Notes: generated from the letters alone by a model not told the origin. Shown: positions 1 through 10,486, numbered from the stretch's first letter. The stretch: DNA of 58,720 nucleotides from an uncultured Candidatus Saccharibacteria bacterium (GCA_964611515.1 CAZTAH010000001.1:1-58720); one strand, 5' to 3'. Numbers and translations are program-made.

Positions 1-22
1 ATTAATAATATTAAATTCAAAT

Positions 23-817
23 ATGGAATCTTTAACGAATATAATTGCTACAATAGGACCAGCTAGTAATAATAAAGAAATAATTCGCCAACTAATGAAA
101 AATCACACTAATATGTTTAGGTTGAATTTTTCTTGGAACGATCACGCTTGGCATAAAAATGTAATAGACATTATAAGGTCCTTAGAAAAAGAGATGGGAA
201 TTAAAGTTGCTATCATACAAGATCTCTCTGGACCAAGAATTCAAAAAGGAGATGAGCATTATTTTGGGGGAGTAGAAGGAGAGGGGATTATCACAGAGAA
301 GGACAAAAACGACCTAGCTTTTGGAGTCAAACAAGGTGTTGATTATATTGCTATGTCTTTTGTTTGTTGTTGCAATGATATTCTGGAATTAAGAAGGTTG
401 ATAAAAGAAGGAGGGGGAGAACAAAAAATAATAGCAAAAATTGAAAGAAAATCTGCAGTAGAAAACCTAGACTCTATAATGGAACAAACAGATGGAGTTT
501 TGGTGGCAAGAGGGGACTTGGGAAATGAATTCCCCTTAGAAGAGATACCGTTTATTCAACATCATATAATTAAAAAAGCAAAAAAAGCTGGAAAAATGGT
601 AATTGTTGCTACTCAAATGCTATTGTCTATGGAGCACAATCCTTTTCCGACTAGAGCAGAAGTCTCAGATGTGGCTTATGCAATAGTAGATGGAGCTGAT
701 GGAGTTATGTTATCAGAAGAATCTGCCAGGGGTAAATATCCAGTAGAAACAGTAGCTTTTATGGAAAAAATAGCATTGATGGCTGAAAAGTATAAAGGGG
801 AGACTTTAATAGGGTAA
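23..817 (+). CDS. pyk: pyruvate kinase, short form (catalytic barrel only)
   Basis: 264 aa. Has [35 protein letters not shown] and MLSEESA motifs of the PK barrel. No lid or C-terminal domain before the next gene. Confidence 0.8.
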   Translation: MESLTNIIATIGPASNNKEIIRQLMKNHTNMFRLNFSWNDHAWHKNVIDIIRSLEKEMGIKVAIIQDLSGPRIQKGDEHYFGGVEGEGIITEKDKNDLAFGVKQGVDYIAMSFVCCCNDILELRRLIKEGGGEQKIIAKIERKSAVENLDSIMEQTDGVLVARGDLGNEFPLEEIPFIQHHIIKKAKKAGKMVIVATQMLLSMEHNPFPTRAEVSDVAYAIVDGADGVMLSEESARGKYPVETVAFMEKIALMAEKYKGETLIG

Positions 818-830
818 AATAATTAAAAAA

Positions 831-1805
831 ATGAAAAATCATATATTTATAACAAGACCAATTCCGGAAACTGGATTAGAAGAACTAAGAAACAATGGTA
901 TTACTTTTGATATAGGAAATTTTAAAAAACCTCCGACTAAAAAACAATTAATTGAGGCCTTAAAAAAGAAACCATATGTTGGGGTTATTTCTTTTTTAAC
1001 AGATAAATTAGAAGCTGATGTTTTTGATGCTTGTCCAACTGCCAAGTTTTTCTGTAATTTTTCTGTAGGTTATGACAATGTGGACATAGAAGAATGTAAA
1101 AAAAGGAAAATACAGGTCTCTAATACCCCTGGAACTTCTGCTGTTGCTGTAGCAGAGCATACAGTAGCCCTAATGCTTTGTTTAACCGCTAGAGTAGCTG
1201 AGGGAGACAGATTTGTGAGAAGTGGTAAATATAAAGGATGGGACCCAGATCTATTAGTGGGAACAGATTTAAGGGGAAAAACAATTGGGTTAATTGGAGT
1301 GGGAGAAATTGGAACTGAGGTAGCTAAAATACTACACTACGGCTTTGGTTCAAAAATTATTTATAGCGACTTAAAACCAAGCATTGAACTAGAAAGAATG
1401 GATGGAACCTTAAAATTAGATATCTCAGAGGTAATAAAACAGGCAGATATTTTATCGCTACATGTACCTCTTTTACCAAGCACAAGACACTTAATAAATA
1501 AAGACACCTTAGCCACAATGAAAAAAAATGCTTTTATAGTCAACACTTCAAGAGGGGCAGTAATAGATGAAAAAGCCCTAGTTAAAGCACTAGAAGATGA
1601 TGTTATAAAAGGAGCAGCTATTGATGTTTTTGAAAGGGAGCCTAAATTAACGAAAGGACTAACTACTCTACATGACATAGTTCTTACTCCTCACATAGCT
1701 TCTGCTAGGATATCTGCTAGAGAAAAAATGTCCTTGATTGCTGCTATGAACATTATTTCTGGAATAAAGACAGGAAGTGTTATTAATAATGTTTGTGATT
1801 ATTAA
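831..1805 (+). CDS. D-isomer-specific 2-hydroxyacid dehydrogenase (glyoxylate/hydroxypyruvate reductase-like)
   Basis: 324 aa. NAD fold GLIGVGEIG, catalytic region NTSRG..ID and TPHIAS. Confidence 0.85.
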   Translation: MKNHIFITRPIPETGLEELRNNGITFDIGNFKKPPTKKQLIEALKKKPYVGVISFLTDKLEADVFDACPTAKFFCNFSVGYDNVDIEECKKRKIQVSNTPGTSAVAVAEHTVALMLCLTARVAEGDRFVRSGKYKGWDPDLLVGTDLRGKTIGLIGVGEIGTEVAKILHYGFGSKIIYSDLKPSIELERMDGTLKLDISEVIKQADILSLHVPLLPSTRHLINKDTLATMKKNAFIVNTSRGAVIDEKALVKALEDDVIKGAAIDVFEREPKLTKGLTTLHDIVLTPHIASARISAREKMSLIAAMNIISGIKTGSVINNVCDY

Positions 1806-1837
1806 AAAATAATTATTATACTATCCATAAAATAACT

Positions 1838-2590
1838 ATGAAAAAAAACAAAAACGGTAAACTATTTATAATGATTTTAGTTCTTCTTGCTTTTTCTTTT
1901 AATCTTTCTTTGGCTAATGGAACAGATTTACTGGAAGCAAAGAATGAAGAAGGAATAACAGGGGAAGATAGTATTTATGGAATTGATAAAATAATTAATA
2001 AGGTCAGAATTAAAAGAGAGGAATTTAGACAAAAACTAGACTGGACTAATTCTAATAGCTCAAAAACAAGTTCCTCTATAGTTGGGTTTAATAAAATAAA
2101 AGACGAGGAAAAGAAAGAGGCAGTGTTAAAAATAATTAATAATATAAAAGAGTTAAATATAAAATACATAGAAACACTGTCACTAGGAGTAAATAAAATA
2201 GAAGACATATTAGCCAAAGTAGAACATAAGGTTTGTGAATTAAATGAAAACTTAGACCTGGATGAGAAAACTTTTTTTCTAGAGATTAAGTTATCGGAAA
2301 TGGGAGAAAGAATAAACTTGTTAAGAGATAGAATGATTGAACAAGCAAAAAATCAATACATTTTAATTATTAATAGCGAAGATTCACTAAGGGAAGATGT
2401 TTTGACAATAAGAAATAGTTTTGAAGAAAAGATTAATGACTTGTTCTTAAGTAGTAAAAACCTAAAAACAGAATTGAGATCTCTAGTCTTAATGCTTGGT
2501 CAAGAGTACCAAGAATACATTGAAGATGGAGAAGAAAATCAAACAAAAGAAGAAGCTGAGGAAATCATCAGCTTCTTGGATAAAGAGTAA
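1838..2590 (+). CDS. hypothetical secreted coiled-coil protein
   Basis: 250-aa ORF with N-terminal signal-like hydrophobic segment. K/E-rich helical remainder with no recognisable family. Confidence 0.5.
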   Translation: MKKNKNGKLFIMILVLLAFSFNLSLANGTDLLEAKNEEGITGEDSIYGIDKIINKVRIKREEFRQKLDWTNSNSSKTSSSIVGFNKIKDEEKKEAVLKIINNIKELNIKYIETLSLGVNKIEDILAKVEHKVCELNENLDLDEKTFFLEIKLSEMGERINLLRDRMIEQAKNQYILIINSEDSLREDVLTIRNSFEEKINDLFLSSKNLKTELRSLVLMLGQEYQEYIEDGEENQTKEEAEEIISFLDKE

Positions 2591-2592
2591 TA

Positions 2593-2814
2593 ATGAAAAA
2601 AAAGATAAATACAACTCCTCTTATTATTATAATAGTACTTATTGTTACTATTATATTATCATTTATCATAAACAAAGAATTAGATAAGCCAAGGAAAAAA
2701 GAGCTGCCTAATGAGACAGAAGACTCCTTAATTAGAGAAATAGAAACTATAAAAATAGAAAATACTCTTGAGTCTGACCTTATAGACATAGACAGAGTAC
2801 TAGATTTATTATAA
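2593..2814 (+). CDS. small membrane protein
   Basis: 73 aa with one TM segment (PLIIIIVLIVTIILSFII). Tightly packed between neighbouring genes. Confidence 0.4.
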   Translation: MKKKINTTPLIIIIVLIVTIILSFIINKELDKPRKKELPNETEDSLIREIETIKIENTLESDLIDIDRVLDLL

Positions 2815-2817
2815 AAA

Positions 2818-3993
2818 ATGGAACCACTAGCTTCAAAAATAAGACCAAAAAATCTGAAGGATTTTATTGGACAAAAACACCTAGTAGGAGAAAATAAACC
2901 CCTTCGCTTAGCAATAGAATCTAAGCATATTTTTTCTTTTATACTTTGGGGGCCTCCAGGTGTTGGAAAAACTACCTTGGCCAGAATATATGCAAATTCT
3001 ATTAATGCTGATTTTCACGAACTATCTGCTGTTTCAGCTGGAAAAGAAGATATAAGAAGAATAGTAGACAGTGAGTCGAAGAATTACACAGGAACACTCT
3101 TGGGTCCAAAGATTATCTTCCTGGATGAAATTCATCGTTTTAATAAAGCTCAGCAGGATTATCTTCTTCCTTTCGTAGAAAGTGGCAAATTAATTTTAAT
3201 TGGAGCTACTACAGAAAACCCTAGTTTTGAAGTTATCCCAGCCTTATTGTCTAGAATGAGAATTTTTGTCTTAGAGGAATTAACCGAAGAAGACATAGAA
3301 AAGATAATAAAGGGTACTAAATACAAAATAAATAAAAAAGAAATTTCTTGGTTGTATAAAATGTCCAATGGAGATGCTCGGCAAGTATTATCTATGGTAG
3401 AGAACACACTATCTCTTTATGGAAAAATTACTCTTGACAACTTAAAGAATACATTGCAAAATAAATTCATTCGCTATGACAAAAGGGGAGGAGAGCATTA
3501 TCATACTATAAGTGCTTTCATTAAAAGCATGCGAGCTAGTCAGCCAGATCCAGCTTTATACTATTTAGCTAGAATGATAGAAGGCGGAGAAGATCCCAAG
3601 TTTATAGCCCGTAGAATGATTATATTTGCTAGTGAAGACATAGGATTAGCTCAGCCAACTGCTTTAGTCGTAGCTAATGATGTCTTTAGAGCTGTAGAAA
3701 ATGTAGGAATGCCTGAATGTGCTAACAATTTAGCATTTGGAGCAACTTATCTATCTTTAGCAAAAAAGGATCGTAAGACATATGATGCATATATGAAAGC
3801 CAAGAAAGATGTCTTAAGTTATGGAAGTTTGCCAGTTCCTATGGAGATCAGAAATGCTCCTAATGATCTAATGAAAGAGCTAGGATATGGAAAAGACTAC
3901 GATATGTATTCAAAAGAAAGCTTAATGCCTAAACGACTTAAAAACAGGAGATATCTTAAAATCAGTGATTTAAGAAAAAAGGGAGAAAAATAA
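2818..3993 (+). CDS. rarA: replication-associated recombination protein A (AAA ATPase)
   Basis: 391 aa. Walker A GPPGVGKTT, FLDEIHRFNK, and C-terminal MgsA helical domain (DPALYYLARM, EDIGLA). Confidence 0.9.
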   Translation: MEPLASKIRPKNLKDFIGQKHLVGENKPLRLAIESKHIFSFILWGPPGVGKTTLARIYANSINADFHELSAVSAGKEDIRRIVDSESKNYTGTLLGPKIIFLDEIHRFNKAQQDYLLPFVESGKLILIGATTENPSFEVIPALLSRMRIFVLEELTEEDIEKIIKGTKYKINKKEISWLYKMSNGDARQVLSMVENTLSLYGKITLDNLKNTLQNKFIRYDKRGGEHYHTISAFIKSMRASQPDPALYYLARMIEGGEDPKFIARRMIIFASEDIGLAQPTALVVANDVFRAVENVGMPECANNLAFGATYLSLAKKDRKTYDAYMKAKKDVLSYGSLPVPMEIRNAPNDLMKELGYGKDYDMYSKESLMPKRLKNRRYLKISDLRKKGEK

Positions 3994-4040
3994 GAGATTA
4001 AGAGGTTGCTATAAAAACATTAAAATGCGAAAATATACTA

Positions 4041-4643
4041 ATGAAAAGATATGCTTTCATAGATGTAGCAAATACTAAAGGATCAGCCAAAGCGTTAGGC
4101 TTCCAGATTGATCCAGAAAAACTCTATAAATACTTAAAATATGACAAATGGTCTTGTGATAAGATGTTTTGGTATGATGGAAGGATAATAAATGAAAAAA
4201 ATGAGAAAAATAGAGAAAAAATAAAAAATATTGGATACGAAATGAGAGACAAAAGAACTCATTCTTTTAAAGACAAGAGAGATTTGATTATAGACGTTGA
4301 GTGTCCAAAGTGTCATGTCTCTTTCACGCATAGGCATAAAAGAAAAATAAAACCAAAAGCCAATTGTGATGTAGAGTTAACAATAGATTGCTTAGAGTTA
4401 TCAAGCCCTGGCAATGAACTATTAATATTTACAGGAGATGGTGATTTTAGAGATTTACTAGAAAAAATACACGAAAAAGGGTCTATGGTTAGATTATTCT
4501 CTACGACGAAAGAGGATAAAGACGGGAACTACAGACTATCAACCAGATTAAAGGAACTTTTTACTAAAAAAGAAAATATAGATTGGTTAATATTTACAGA
4601 ACTGAATAATCTTAAGAATAGATTAAAAAAAGAAGACAAGTAA
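4041..4643 (+). CDS. NYN/LabA-like domain protein with inserted CxxC..C zinc-ribbon-like segment
   Basis: 200 aa. Has AFIDVAN, DVELTIDCL and FTGDGDF motifs of NYN (PIN-like) nucleases. Confidence 0.6.
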   Translation: MKRYAFIDVANTKGSAKALGFQIDPEKLYKYLKYDKWSCDKMFWYDGRIINEKNEKNREKIKNIGYEMRDKRTHSFKDKRDLIIDVECPKCHVSFTHRHKRKIKPKANCDVELTIDCLELSSPGNELLIFTGDGDFRDLLEKIHEKGSMVRLFSTTKEDKDGNYRLSTRLKELFTKKENIDWLIFTELNNLKNRLKKEDK

Positions 4644-4647
4644 TAAG

Positions 4648-4686
4648 AAATAGCCACGAGGGATTGCTCCTTTAGCGTGGCTATTT
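4648..4686 (+). terminator. hairpin after NYN gene
   Basis: AAATAGCCACG..CGTGGCTATTT 11-bp stem, but only a short T run. Confidence 0.4.
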
Positions 4687-4829
4687 CGAACGATATATAA
4701 ATAATACACCACTTTGGTATAAAAATCAACAAGAGGGTTGTCCACACTTACTATGCTTGATTTAGTGTCGCAAAAGATATATTGTGCGACTATCTACCTT
4801 ATTTAAATATAGCCACCCTATTAACAAAT

Positions 4830-4854
4830 AAAGCCCTATTGGGCTTTTCTTTTG
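4830..4854 (-). terminator. rho-independent terminator of CAP-domain gene (bidirectional shape)
   Basis: AAAGCCC tatt GGGCTTT flanked by T/A runs, about 30 nt downstream of the minus-strand stop. Confidence 0.6.
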
Positions 4855-4880
4855 AATAAAAATAAAATGTCTAAATAAAA

Positions 4881-5792
4881 CTACAAAATATCTTGCAAGC
4901 AATCATTAAATAATCTCACCTGCTCATTATAAAGACTTGTTTTCTTTGATAAACTTTTTAGTAAGAAATTATATTCTTCTACTTTTTCATTATAACTATC
5001 TACCAGCCTAACTCTTTCTTCTGCTTTTTCTCTGTCTCTCTTCCCTTCTTTTGTACTATCTATTTCTTTAGACAAAAAAGAAAAATCACCGATTAGAGCA
5101 TCTAGTCTTTTTTTGCCTCTTTCTATTTCCTCTCTTAATTCTTCCTTAACTTCTGGGCAAACAGATTTTGGAGTTCCAAAGTGGACAACTATAACCCAAA
5201 TCTCTCCTGAATTAAATACCCCTCTTTCAACTGCTACCCCTGTTTCTGTATAACTGTGATTAAGAATATTTTCTCTATGACCTGTGCTTTCTATCCAAGC
5301 ATCTACTAATTCTCTAGGATTTTCAAAATCCCCCATGGCAAGATTTTCTCCTAATAAAATAAAATCATAGCCTACTTCCCTGCCCAAATCTTCAACTGAT
5401 AATCCTTCTGGAGAGATATGATCAAAGTATTGTTTTTCCAAAATATCTTTTGCTTTCTTTTTTGCACTCAAGTTTAATTTATCATTTTCAGACAGAGCAG
5501 TTATTTTATTATTTAAACGGTACTCATTGCTGTATTCTGTGACTAAATCTGCGCCTAGGGTCTTTTCAGCTAGCTTTCTTTCTCTATTAATAACTAGAGG
5601 ACCCAAATTACTTATTCCTCCTAATTTTCTTATCTCCTCTATTTTAAACTTTTTATTAAAAACAAATTTTTGCTCTAAGTAAACATTAACTTTATGATAA
5701 ATCCTAGATAAATCATTTATGCTAAAAGAAAAGAAAAACACAACTAGGAGAAATATTATTACTGCTATAATTCCCCCTGTTCTTCTTTTCAT
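4881..5792 (-). CDS. membrane-anchored CAP/SCP (YkwD-like) domain protein
   Basis: 303 aa. N-terminal TM segment; GENLAMG, AWIESTGHRENIL and YTETGVAV motifs of the CAP superfamily. Confidence 0.7.
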   Translation of the reverse strand: MKRRTGGIIAVIIFLLVVFFFSFSINDLSRIYHKVNVYLEQKFVFNKKFKIEEIRKLGGISNLGPLVINRERKLAEKTLGADLVTEYSNEYRLNNKITALSENDKLNLSAKKKAKDILEKQYFDHISPEGLSVEDLGREVGYDFILLGENLAMGDFENPRELVDAWIESTGHRENILNHSYTETGVAVERGVFNSGEIWVIVVHFGTPKSVCPEVKEELREEIERGKKRLDALIGDFSFLSKEIDSTKEGKRDREKAEERVRLVDSYNEKVEEYNFLLKSLSKKTSLYNEQVRLFNDCLQDIL

Positions 5793-5793
5793 A

Positions 5794-6162
5794 TTATTTA
5801 CAAGTAGCAGATAGCGAATACCCTAGCTTCTCTGCTTCTTCTTTACTACTAAACCAAATTTTATTTTCTTCTTTAATACGATTGCCCCCTGCACAACCTA
5901 AGGGATAATATTTTGTTCCGTTTTTAGAGGCAACATATCTCTTTTCGGGTGTATCCCTCCTTTTCTCTGGAAAACCGCTATTCTCCCCTTCTACAAGCAT
6001 TATAGGGGCATCTGACACACTAGCTGGGCCTATTCCGACTGATAGTCTACCAATACCGAAGGAGCCTAGTCCTACTCCTATTATTACAATAGAGAACAAA
6101 AATATCATTTTGTCAAGCCCTGTTGTTCTCTTGATTTTATTTAATAAATTATGTATACTCAT
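5794..6162 (-). CDS. membrane-anchored protein with C-terminal Ada-like (sunset-type) motif
   Basis: 122 aa. TM segment, then KYYPLGC....I...N..WFSS.EEAEKLGY....CK pattern. Confidence 0.4.
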   Translation of the reverse strand: MSIHNLLNKIKRTTGLDKMIFLFSIVIIGVGLGSFGIGRLSVGIGPASVSDAPIMLVEGENSGFPEKRRDTPEKRYVASKNGTKYYPLGCAGGNRIKEENKIWFSSKEEAEKLGYSLSATCK

Positions 6163-6215
6163 ATCTACTTAATTATAAATAAAAAATTAGTAATTGGCTA
6201 ATAAATAGTTAAAAT

Positions 6216-6497
6216 ATGGCACAGAGGAAAGCTGGAGGAGCAGCAAAAAATATAAGAGATTCAAATCCTAAATACTTAGGAACTAAACTTTACGACGGAG
6301 AAGTTGCTAAGGCTGGCTCTATTATTGTAAGACAAAGAGGGAGCAAGATATTAGCAGGAGAAAATGTTGGTATGGGGAAAGACCACACTCTTTTTTCCTT
6401 GATTAATGGGAAGGTAAAATTTGGAACAAAAAGAAAGAAAAGTTTTGACAATACGATAGTTAGAAAAAGTATTGTAAGCGTAGAGCCAGATAATTAA
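6216..6497 (+). CDS. rpmA: 50S ribosomal protein L27
   Basis: Has [22 protein letters not shown]....GSIIVRQRG...AGENVG.GKDHTLF. Confidence 0.95.
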   Translation: MAQRKAGGAAKNIRDSNPKYLGTKLYDGEVAKAGSIIVRQRGSKILAGENVGMGKDHTLFSLINGKVKFGTKRKKSFDNTIVRKSIVSVEPDN

Positions 6498-6508
6498 TTT
6501 GAATAATC

Positions 6509-6538
6509 AAAAAACCCACCTCAATCGGTGGGTTTTTT
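6509..6538. terminator. bidirectional terminator between rpmA and rplI
   Basis: AAAAAACCCACC tcaatc GGTGGGTTTTTT. Confidence 0.8.
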
Positions 6539-6973
6539 CTATTCTATTGTTATGTTTATTTCTTTGACTAACTCCTGATTTTTTATTCTTATTTTATGAA
6601 TACCCACTTCCTTAATATTGCTCATTTCAATCATTTTTTCAGTCAATTGGTAGCCAGTATTTTCTTTAACTGATTTTATTATATCCTTAGGCCCAACTGC
6701 CTTGAACAAGTGACCCTTTTCATTAGACTTGGACTTTATTATTATCTCCCTATCTTTTAATTTAGCCAAAGCTTCCTTGAACGACTGAGCATCCTCATTT
6801 TTTCTTTCCCTGACCTGTTCTTTCTGATTTTTCAATTTAGCCAGTTCTGATTTAGTTGCTAAGACTGCTAGCCCTCTTGCTATTAAGACATTTTGAGCAA
6901 AACCGCTTTTCAGGTCTTTTATTTCGTGTCTATTTCCTACTCCAGGAACATCTGCAAGTAATATTACTTTCAT
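6539..6973 (-). CDS. rplI: 50S ribosomal protein L9
   Basis: MKVILLADVPGVG......DLK.GFA.N.LI..GLAV N-terminal L9 signature. Confidence 0.9.
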   Translation of the reverse strand: MKVILLADVPGVGNRHEIKDLKSGFAQNVLIARGLAVLATKSELAKLKNQKEQVRERKNEDAQSFKEALAKLKDREIIIKSKSNEKGHLFKAVGPKDIIKSVKENTGYQLTEKMIEMSNIKEVGIHKIRIKNQELVKEINITIE

Positions 6974-7007
6974 GTTTCTTTTTTTATTAAACTATTAATT
7001 TCAACCT

Positions 7008-8234
7008 TTATTTTGAAATCAAAAACTCTACTGCTTTTTCAAGTTGAGGGTCTTTGTTTTCCTCTGCGTCTTTTCTAGTATATGGAACCTCTATGTCTGG
7101 CTCTAGCCCCCCTTCTGATATTGAAACTCCTTTTGGTGTTAACCAAGATGCCACTGTGACCTTAATAGAGGTATTGTCTGTAACTTTAATAAGTTCCTGA
7201 ACGGAACCCTTTCCAAAAGTTTTAGTTCCAATTAGAGTAGCTATGCCATATTCTCTTAATGCCCCTGCTAATATCTCTGAAGCTGAAGCTGATCCTCCGT
7301 CTATTAAGACTACCATGGATAAGTTTTTATTAAATAAAGCTGGTCCCTTGCTTAAATATAACTTTGGTTTCTTTTTGCTCTTAATTTCTTCTTTTAGTAT
7401 AACCTCCCCTTCTTCAATAAACCAAGAAGCTATTCTAACAGCAGATTCTAAATACCCTCCTGGGTTTCCTCTTAAATCTAAAATTAATTTACTCTTTTTA
7501 GAGTCTATAAATTCCAATAATGCATCTCTAAATAAAGCGAGAGAGTTTTCTGAGAAGCTATAAAAACTAATAACGAAAACTTCGTCATTTTTAATTTCTG
7601 TTTCTATTGTAGGAATTTGAATTTCTTCTCTGGTAACTGTAATTGTCCTAGGCTCTTCTTCGTCTTCCCTTCTTATAATTAAATCAATACTAGTTCCGTC
7701 AGGACCCCTAATTAGATCAACAGCAGCCTCTGTGGAAAGATTGGTCGCCTCCACTTCCCCTATCTTCATTATCTTGTCTCCTGCCTTTAGTCCAGATCGC
7801 CAAGCAGGTGTGTCTTTTAAAGGAGCCACTATGGTTAGAGCATCGTCTCTTATTCCAACTTCTGCTCCTATTCCTTGAAAAGTGCCCCTTATTTCTTCAG
7901 CAAAATTTTCATTTTCTTCGGGAGGAAAAAATACTGTATAAGGGTCTCCAAAAGAAGAAGCCAGACCTGAAATTGCTCCCCAGACCCTTTCTTGATTAGT
8001 AATATCTTCCGCATAAATAGATTTTTCATTTAAAATATTCCATGCTTTCCAAAAAGTATTAAAATCAACCGTAGAGTCTAGTATGTGATTTTTGTTAATT
8101 AAAGAAGAAACTTTTTCTATTTCTGGCCTATTGTTATATCCTAAATATATACCAACTGAAAGTAGGAAAATTACTATGGCCAAAGAAAAAACTACATATC
8201 CTGTGTTTCTTAAAAATAAGTTCTTTTTATTCAT
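7008..8234 (-). CDS. ctpA: S41 carboxy-terminal processing peptidase
   Basis: PDZ region (GD.I..I.G) and S41 core (LILDLRGNPGGYL, GGSASASEI, TFGKGSVQ). Start placed at MNKKNLF, which avoids overlap with the upstream gene; the ORF extends to 8270. Confidence 0.85.
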   Translation of the reverse strand: MNKKNLFLRNTGYVVFSLAIVIFLLSVGIYLGYNNRPEIEKVSSLINKNHILDSTVDFNTFWKAWNILNEKSIYAEDITNQERVWGAISGLASSFGDPYTVFFPPEENENFAEEIRGTFQGIGAEVGIRDDALTIVAPLKDTPAWRSGLKAGDKIMKIGEVEATNLSTEAAVDLIRGPDGTSIDLIIRREDEEEPRTITVTREEIQIPTIETEIKNDEVFVISFYSFSENSLALFRDALLEFIDSKKSKLILDLRGNPGGYLESAVRIASWFIEEGEVILKEEIKSKKKPKLYLSKGPALFNKNLSMVVLIDGGSASASEILAGALREYGIATLIGTKTFGKGSVQELIKVTDNTSIKVTVASWLTPKGVSISEGGLEPDIEVPYTRKDAEENKDPQLEKAVEFLISK

Positions 8235-8253
8235 CTTGTTTATTATCTCAAAA

Positions 8254-9498
8254 TTAATAACTATTTTCAATCTCAGGCATTAGTGCATCTGGTGTGTATT
8301 TATTGCTAGGATCCCATAACATCCAAGAAGAAAGGCCTTGATCATAAGTTGCTTCTATTTGGTCCCTGACTAATTCTTTTGTATAAATAGCTCCTAAGTT
8401 AAAATCTTGTAGCCAAGGTCGAATTTTATTTATATCTTCTCCTTTTCTCTCTGTTTTAATTTTTGCATTTAATAATGCTCTTTCCACTACTTCGTAAGGA
8501 TATAAAGCTGGGTTATCATAACCATTATAAGTGGTTGGATAGTGAGAAGGATAAACCATAGGACAAATAAAATCAAAATAAGGTAGAGTTTTCTCCCATA
8601 TTTGACCAATTCCCATATCATCAGCAGCTTCAGTAGTTAGGCCGAACAAATCAGCAGAGATTGGAATATCTCCTTCTTTTTTTATTCCATCAGACAGAAA
8701 TACAAAAAAGTCCTCCATATTATCAGCTCTATTCTCCCCTTCCTTTAAATTATAATCTATATCTTTTATGTCTCCATCTGAGGGATATCTAATATAATCA
8801 AAATTTAATTCATCAAAGCCAACCTCATAAGCTCCTAATGCTACAGCCAAAGTGTAGTCCCTAACTTCTTGATTCATTGGGTCTAAAAAAGATAATCCCT
8901 TTTTGTCCTTCCATACTCCCCCATCGCTTAGTTTCTTTATTGCCCACTCAGGCTTAATACTGGTCAGATAAGCATCTTGAAAAACAGATATCCTTCCTAT
9001 GATATAAATTCCTTTGCTGTGTAATAAATTAGTTAATTCTCTAATGTTAGAAATTCTATTTTCTGCACTATTTAATTCTTTAATGAGGGGGTCGTCTATA
9101 TTAAAACTTATTTTCCCAGTGGAATCTTTTATATCTATAACAATAGAATTTAATTCACTTTCTTCTATTATGTTAATAAGTCTATCTCTTAAGTTTTTTG
9201 TCCCTGCCACCCAGCCTGATAAATAAATAGCTCTCACTATTTCAGGGGTGTCTAAGTGGCTAATTTCTATCGGAGGAATAACTAGTTCATTTTTTTTCTC
9301 TGTCTCCTCCTCTTCTTGTTCTTCCTCTAAGGTGTCTTTTTCCTCTTTCTCTAGATCTTCTTTGTCTGTTAAATCAAATTCCATCTGCCTATTAAAAAGA
9401 CTGAGAATAACTGGAGGGTAAAAATAAAGAATAACCCCACTTATTACAAAAATGAGGCCTATTAGTATTGTTTTTTGTATCTTATTGTTCTTCTTCAT
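8254..9498 (-). CDS. putative glycoside hydrolase, DUF4015/COG1306 TIM-barrel family
   Basis: 414 aa. TM anchor and acidic linker, then VRAIYLSGW..IVIDIKD..G, FDELNFDYIRYP pattern. Confidence 0.6.
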   Translation of the reverse strand: MKKNNKIQKTILIGLIFVISGVILYFYPPVILSLFNRQMEFDLTDKEDLEKEEKDTLEEEQEEEETEKKNELVIPPIEISHLDTPEIVRAIYLSGWVAGTKNLRDRLINIIEESELNSIVIDIKDSTGKISFNIDDPLIKELNSAENRISNIRELTNLLHSKGIYIIGRISVFQDAYLTSIKPEWAIKKLSDGGVWKDKKGLSFLDPMNQEVRDYTLAVALGAYEVGFDELNFDYIRYPSDGDIKDIDYNLKEGENRADNMEDFFVFLSDGIKKEGDIPISADLFGLTTEAADDMGIGQIWEKTLPYFDFICPMVYPSHYPTTYNGYDNPALYPYEVVERALLNAKIKTERKGEDINKIRPWLQDFNLGAIYTKELVRDQIEATYDQGLSSWMLWDPSNKYTPDALMPEIENSY

Positions 9499-9715
9499 TC
9501 TTATTTACACTATCTACATTGTCTATAAAAGTCTTACTCTGGTTGGTTCTTCTTAGTATCCTCGCCCGAGATTCTATGTAAAAGAGATAAGATAGGTAAA
9601 TAATTAAAACACCTGATATTGAAAATAAAATATTTTTCCAAATCAATGGAAGTCCTAAATAAGACAAAATTGCAATAAATAATCCTAATATAAATAAAGC
9701 TTTTTCCTTTCTCAT
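9482..9715 (-). CDS. small membrane protein
   Basis: 77 aa with two hydrophobic helices. Co-oriented with a 17-nt overlap onto the downstream gene. Confidence 0.4.
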   Translation of the reverse strand: MRKEKALFILGLFIAILSYLGLPLIWKNILFSISGVLIIYLSYLFYIESRARILRRTNQSKTFIDNVDSVNKNEEEQ

Positions 9716-9738
9716 ATTTCTGAATTATAACTTATTTT

Positions 9739-10437
9739 TTAAGGTTCTACAATGACAACAAATTCTCCCTTTAAGCTGTCGTTATTTTCTTCTAAATATT
9801 TAATTAGATCTTTAGCTTGCCCCTCCAAGAATTCCTCAAATTTTTTTGTCATTTCCCTAGCTATAATTATTCTCCGTTTTGGCATATATTCACTTAAAGA
9901 AATCAGGGTCTTTAGAATACGGTGAGTAGATTCATAAAAAACTATAACTTTTTTGCTTTCGGCTATCTCTTTAAAAATTTTTTCTCTTCCTTTTTTATGA
10001 GGAATAAAACCCAGAAAAATAAACTTAGCTGAAGGCACACCACTAGCAGAAAGAGCAGAAACTAAAGCACTAGGACCAGGAATAGGAGAAACTCTCACGG
10101 TGTCCTTTAATTCTTTTTTAATCCTAGAAACAAGCAAAAGACCGGGATCAGAAATACAAGGAGTTCCTGCTTCTGAAACCATGGCTAGATTTTTTCCTGC
10201 TTTTAATAAATTAATGATTTCGTCTTCTTTGTTTGAGGTGGAGTGAGAATGATAGCTAATAGTTTTAGTGTTGATGTTATATTTATTTAATAAAATCTGA
10301 GTAGTTCTTGTATCCTCACAAAGAATATAATCTACTTCTTTTAATATCTTTACAGCACGATAAGTAATATCCTCCAAGTTCCCTATTGGAGTTCCAACTA
10401 TGTATAAAGTAGAGATGATTTTATCATCGTTTTCCAT
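9739..10437 (-). CDS. rsmI: 16S rRNA (cytidine1402-2'-O)-methyltransferase
   Basis: LYIVGTPIGNLEDIT.RA...L, CEDTR.T..LL and SEAGTP.ISDPG motifs. Confidence 0.9.
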   Translation of the reverse strand: MENDDKIISTLYIVGTPIGNLEDITYRAVKILKEVDYILCEDTRTTQILLNKYNINTKTISYHSHSTSNKEDEIINLLKAGKNLAMVSEAGTPCISDPGLLLVSRIKKELKDTVRVSPIPGPSALVSALSASGVPSAKFIFLGFIPHKKGREKIFKEIAESKKVIVFYESTHRILKTLISLSEYMPKRRIIIAREMTKKFEEFLEGQAKDLIKYLEENNDSLKGEFVVIVEP

Positions 10438-10460
10438 ATAAAAATTATATCATAAATAAA

Positions 10461-10486
10461 AAAAAGCCCCGAGGGCTCATTTTTTA
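10461..10486 (-). terminator. terminator after the 80-aa membrane gene
   Basis: Minus sense reads GAGCCC tcg GGGCT followed by T8. Confidence 0.6.

Noticed and set aside
4650-4880. 230-bp non-coding gap with several small hairpins as a possible ncRNA (RNase P, SRP, tmRNA, 6S checked by eye here and in other gaps).
   Set aside because: No conserved motifs of those RNAs were recognised, and the hairpins are adequately explained as terminators of the convergent genes.
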